DNA from: Prorocentrum cordatum
Lineage: Eukaryota
Assembly: GCA_963575745.1 (NCBI GenBank)
Contig: CAUYUJ010000109.1
Span: 62,001 to 118,148, forward strand
Direction of reading: 5' to 3'
DNA: 56,148 nucleotides
The notes beneath the pieces are model-generated. The model saw nothing but the letters and a program-made list of their open reading frames with translations, had not been told where the DNA came from and did no database searches. Below, one piece after another: positions 53,166 to 56,148 of this stretch (positions are counted from its first letter, which is position 1; each line of letters starts with the position of its first letter). Position numbers and translations under genes: made by a program.

Positions 53166-54322
53166 AGGCTCACGGGCCCGGCGGCGTACCGGGTCTGGCT
53201 GACTCTTGCCACTTACCCAGGGGTAACGGAAGCTACAGACTACTGGGTTCGGGGGCGGGCGAGAGACCCGCGCCGCCGCCGGCGGAGAAGGAGGAGGAGG
53301 AGGACGAGGAGGAAGAAGAGCAGGAAGAGATGAGCGAGAAAAAGTGGGGCAGGTGATGGAGGAAGAGGGAAAGGGTAATTATGTTCGGAGGTTGATAGAC
53401 CTCCTACCCTGACGCGTCGATTGGTGAATTGGCCGTTTTCGGTTCGCGAGAGGGCGTCGCGGCCGTCATTTTTGCGGGTCCAGGTCCGTCGGTTTCGGTC
53501 TTGTGCCACTTTCGCTAGAGGGTGTTTTTTTTTTTTTTTTCAAATGGAGGTTTGTGCACCGCCGATATGTGAAGCGAGAGGGAGGGCGGCGGAGGACGAA
53601 CATGAAGAGGACACTAGTAAACTCAATATGCATCGACGACTCTGCAACACACCCCCGTCCAATGTGCCCTCCCCATACGTCCCTACAGCATGGCTTCCTA
53701 ATTGCAGGAAGGCTTTTTCTGATATACACTCATGGACCTGCCATTCAGGCGATAGCTTCGTTTTGAATTTCGGCAAAAAAGGACTTGCATTCTTCGAGTG
53801 TGTGCTACGGAATGAGCCACTAGTATGATCGTAGTGTTCAGCCAAGTGTCTAGCGATTTGAGGATCGTTCTTACTTGTTCAATTCTTGCACGCGATTTCA
53901 CTTGAGGCCTTTAGCGCCCAGGAAGTCTCACACGAGAGCCGTATTTGGTGAAGAAGTTGGCATCCGTACTTACAGTTGTATCATAGATCAACAAATCTCT
54001 GGCAACCGATCAAATTTGAAAAGTATACGTGTTTCATCGGCGCAGCTTTTGCATCTGCTCAAGTGTCTGGGCGCTAGCTCCATATTCGTTCAAGCGATAC
54101 ACCACTATGGAGAAAACAGCTAACCATCCCAGCTGCAAGCTTTCAAGACGAATGTACGCGGCGTTAGGGCGAGCACCCCATTGGCTAAAGGGGCAGCTAT
54201 TCATTGAGGAAAACGCGACAAACATTTGAGACTATTGCGAGCGGCGCGAAGGCGAGAGCGTGAGTTTGAAGAGACTCGCCTCCTATCCTCGAAATGCTAG
54301 ACGCTTCGCGTATCCCCACCAG

Positions 54323-54559
54323 TTCGTTTATGTCCCGACTTCCTAGCGCCTTCGACGTACCTGCATCTTTGCACGCTGGCAGTTCCACTCAGTTTCAGTT
54401 TCTCCTGCCACCCGCCCGCCGCTGGGCCGCTGCGTGAGTCCTCGGCTTGCCGCGTTAGTTGTCGCCTTGCGCGCCGCCTCTGCCTAAGTAGTCTCTGCAT
54501 AACCCGCTTGGACCTGACGCGCCGCTGGCGCGCTCGCCCGCGGCCGCTGACTAAAAAAA
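54323..54559 (+). mobile_element. 5'-truncated retroelement 3' end with A tail, flanked by ~12 bp TSD
   Basis: Lies between TATCCCCACCAG (54311) and TATCACCGCCAG (54560); ends CGCTGACTAAAAAAA; similar to 8790-8994. Confidence 0.7.
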
Positions 54560-54571
54560 TATCACCGCCAG

Positions 54572-54890
54572 TACGCCCTCAGCGGTCACTTGTCAGCTTC
54601 GCCGTCTGTGACCTTGCCGCGCCATTTTGGCTGCGTATAGCTCCTTGGTTCAATTTGTGCATCGGCACTGCCCCCGGATCCGGGTCCTGGTTGCAGTTTG
54701 CATCGCCCGTCGGCAAGGTTTCGGGCCCTGCCCCGCTTCCTGGCACCATCTCGCGCAGCCCGGCAGCTTAGGCAGCTTAGGCAGCTTAGGTTCGGCCGTC
54801 GGTCCCCGTGCGCTCGGCAATTAGTTTCGCGCGTTGCCCGCCCGACCTCTGACGCTGCTGGCGCGCTCGCTTGCGGCCGCGACGAAAAAC
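54572..54890 (+). mobile_element. Second 5'-truncated retroelement 3' end, flanked by ~12 bp TSD
   Basis: Lies between TATCACCGCCAG (54560) and TACCCCCGCCAG (54891); ends CTGGCGCGCTCGCTTGCGGCCGCGACGAAAAAC. Confidence 0.65.
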
Positions 54891-56148
54891 TACCCCCGCC
54901 AGCCCGCCCAGAAACGATGTCCAGGCGAGTTGATATGATCATGGAAATGCGGCAGCAAAGAGGGGGGCGGCCGAACCGTGCAAAGGAGTGAGGAGGAGAA
55001 GGAAAAGGTGGATGGATGGACGGATGAGGGAGTGAGAAGAATGAGCAGGATGATGGGGAGGTGGCGGGGGAGGAGGAGGCGGAGGAGGAGGGGGAAGAAA
55101 CGGAGCAGGAGGAGGAAGGAGGAACAGGAGGGAGGGAGAGGAGGAGGAGGAGGAGGATGAGACGAGGAGGAGGGCAAGCACAAGGGCCAGAGGTCTCTTG
55201 GATGCCTCTCCGTTTCTTGGTGGCCTCTTGGGACGTCTTGGGGGTCTCTTCGCGATCCTGGGGGACTCGTCGGGGTCTCGGGTGCCTCGTGGGGGCCTAT
55301 TGGGGCCGCTTGGGGTCTTCTGGGGGGGGGCCTCCTGGGGGCCTCTTGGGGCCATCTCGGGGCCATCTTGCGACCTCTTGGGGCCTCCTGGGCGGGCTCT
55401 TCGGGGTCTTGGGTGCCTCGGGGGGGGGGGGCCTCTTGGGGTCCTTTTGGGGCCCCCAGGGGGCCTCTTGGGGCCATCCCAGGGCCATTTAGGGACCTCT
55501 TGTGGCTTCCTGGGCGGGCTCTTCGGGGTCTTGTGTGCCTCGGGGGGGGGGGGCTCTTGGGGCCGCTTGGGATCCTTTTGGGGGCCTCCTGGGGGCCTCT
55601 TGGGGGCCTCTTGGGGCCATCCCGGGGCCATCTTGGGACCTTTTGTGGCCTTCTGGGCGCTTCTTGGGGCCATCTTGGGTGAGATCGATCAAACAAGAGG
55701 GGGGCTTTCATTAGGGCCCCCCCACCCTCAGGAGGCCAAACAAAATGGGCGAACACCCTAGTACAACCAGTGATTTTGGCTTCCGTGCCGAGGCCGTTTT
55801 GGACGCCCTGACACCTCCTGAAGCCCCCTGTCCAGGTCCAGGGGAGGGGGTCGGGGGAGGGGGAGGGGTAAACCCTTCCCCGAATGGGAAGGAGGAGGGG
55901 TGGAAGAGGAACCCCCCTAAACCACCGACGCCCGAAGGGCTGGTGGGATTACCGTCCCCCCCCTTCAAAACGCCAAAATGGGGCCAAAACCGTAGTAACA
56001 CCAATGAGTTTGGCTTCCTCGCCGAGGCCGTTTTGGACGCCCCGACACCTCGCGAAACTCCCTGTCCAAGTCCAGGGGAGGGGGTCGGGGGAGGAGTCAA
56101 GACCCCCCACCGCCCGCAGGCCGTCTCGCTCACTCCCACCCGCCCTCC

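Larger units (their letters stand above)
54301..55950 (+). mobile_element. Dispersed Helentron/HINE-like repeat, copy C, with two stacked insertions in its 5' motif
   Basis: ACGCTTCGCGTATCCCCACCAG (54301-54322), resumes CCCGCCCAGAAACGATGTCCAGGCGAG at 54903; GGGGCCTCTT-type repeats 55190-55680; 3' CCACC..GCCC-GAA-GGGCTGGTGGGATT. Confidence 0.6.

Noticed and set aside
52347..53475. ~65 bp direct repeats at ~52347 and ~53411 as LTRs of a small element
   Set aside because: No TG...CA ends, primer-binding site or TSD; more likely fragments of a dispersed repeat.
54615..54635. Relict dinoflagellate spliced leader (GCCATTTTGGCT)
   Set aside because: Only 12 nt match, lacks the CAAG end, and is not at an ORF start; similar partial matches at ~38206 and ~24577.

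Overview
Eukaryotic, GC-rich, repeat-dominated genomic DNA. The very long (GAT)n/(GTA)n/(GGA)n tracts, GGGCCTCTT-type repeats and style of copia element suggest a dinoflagellate such as Prorocentrum; this is an inference, not shown by the sequence. Main contents: (1) a ~7 kb intronless, frameshifted gene (~27-7197, +) with a clear UPF1/DNA2-type SF1B helicase followed by two RNase III-like motifs and a CxxC pair; (2) a dispersed repeat with subterminal inverted repeats and a 3' hairpin (Helentron/HINE-like), whose TATCCCCACCAG motif appears to be the duplicated target of 5'-truncated, A-tailed retroelement copies, with an RT fragment (YVDD) starting right after one copy of the motif; (3) a second intronless Cys-rich ORF with one in-frame stop (35203-37918); (4) a decayed Ty1/copia element on the minus strand (~40480-48100) with a possible extra methyltransferase-like domain and two nested MITEs; (5) further 155-190 bp MITEs, a ~150 bp satellite, minisatellites and a 100-N gap. 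No rRNA, tRNA or CRISPR array was recognised.
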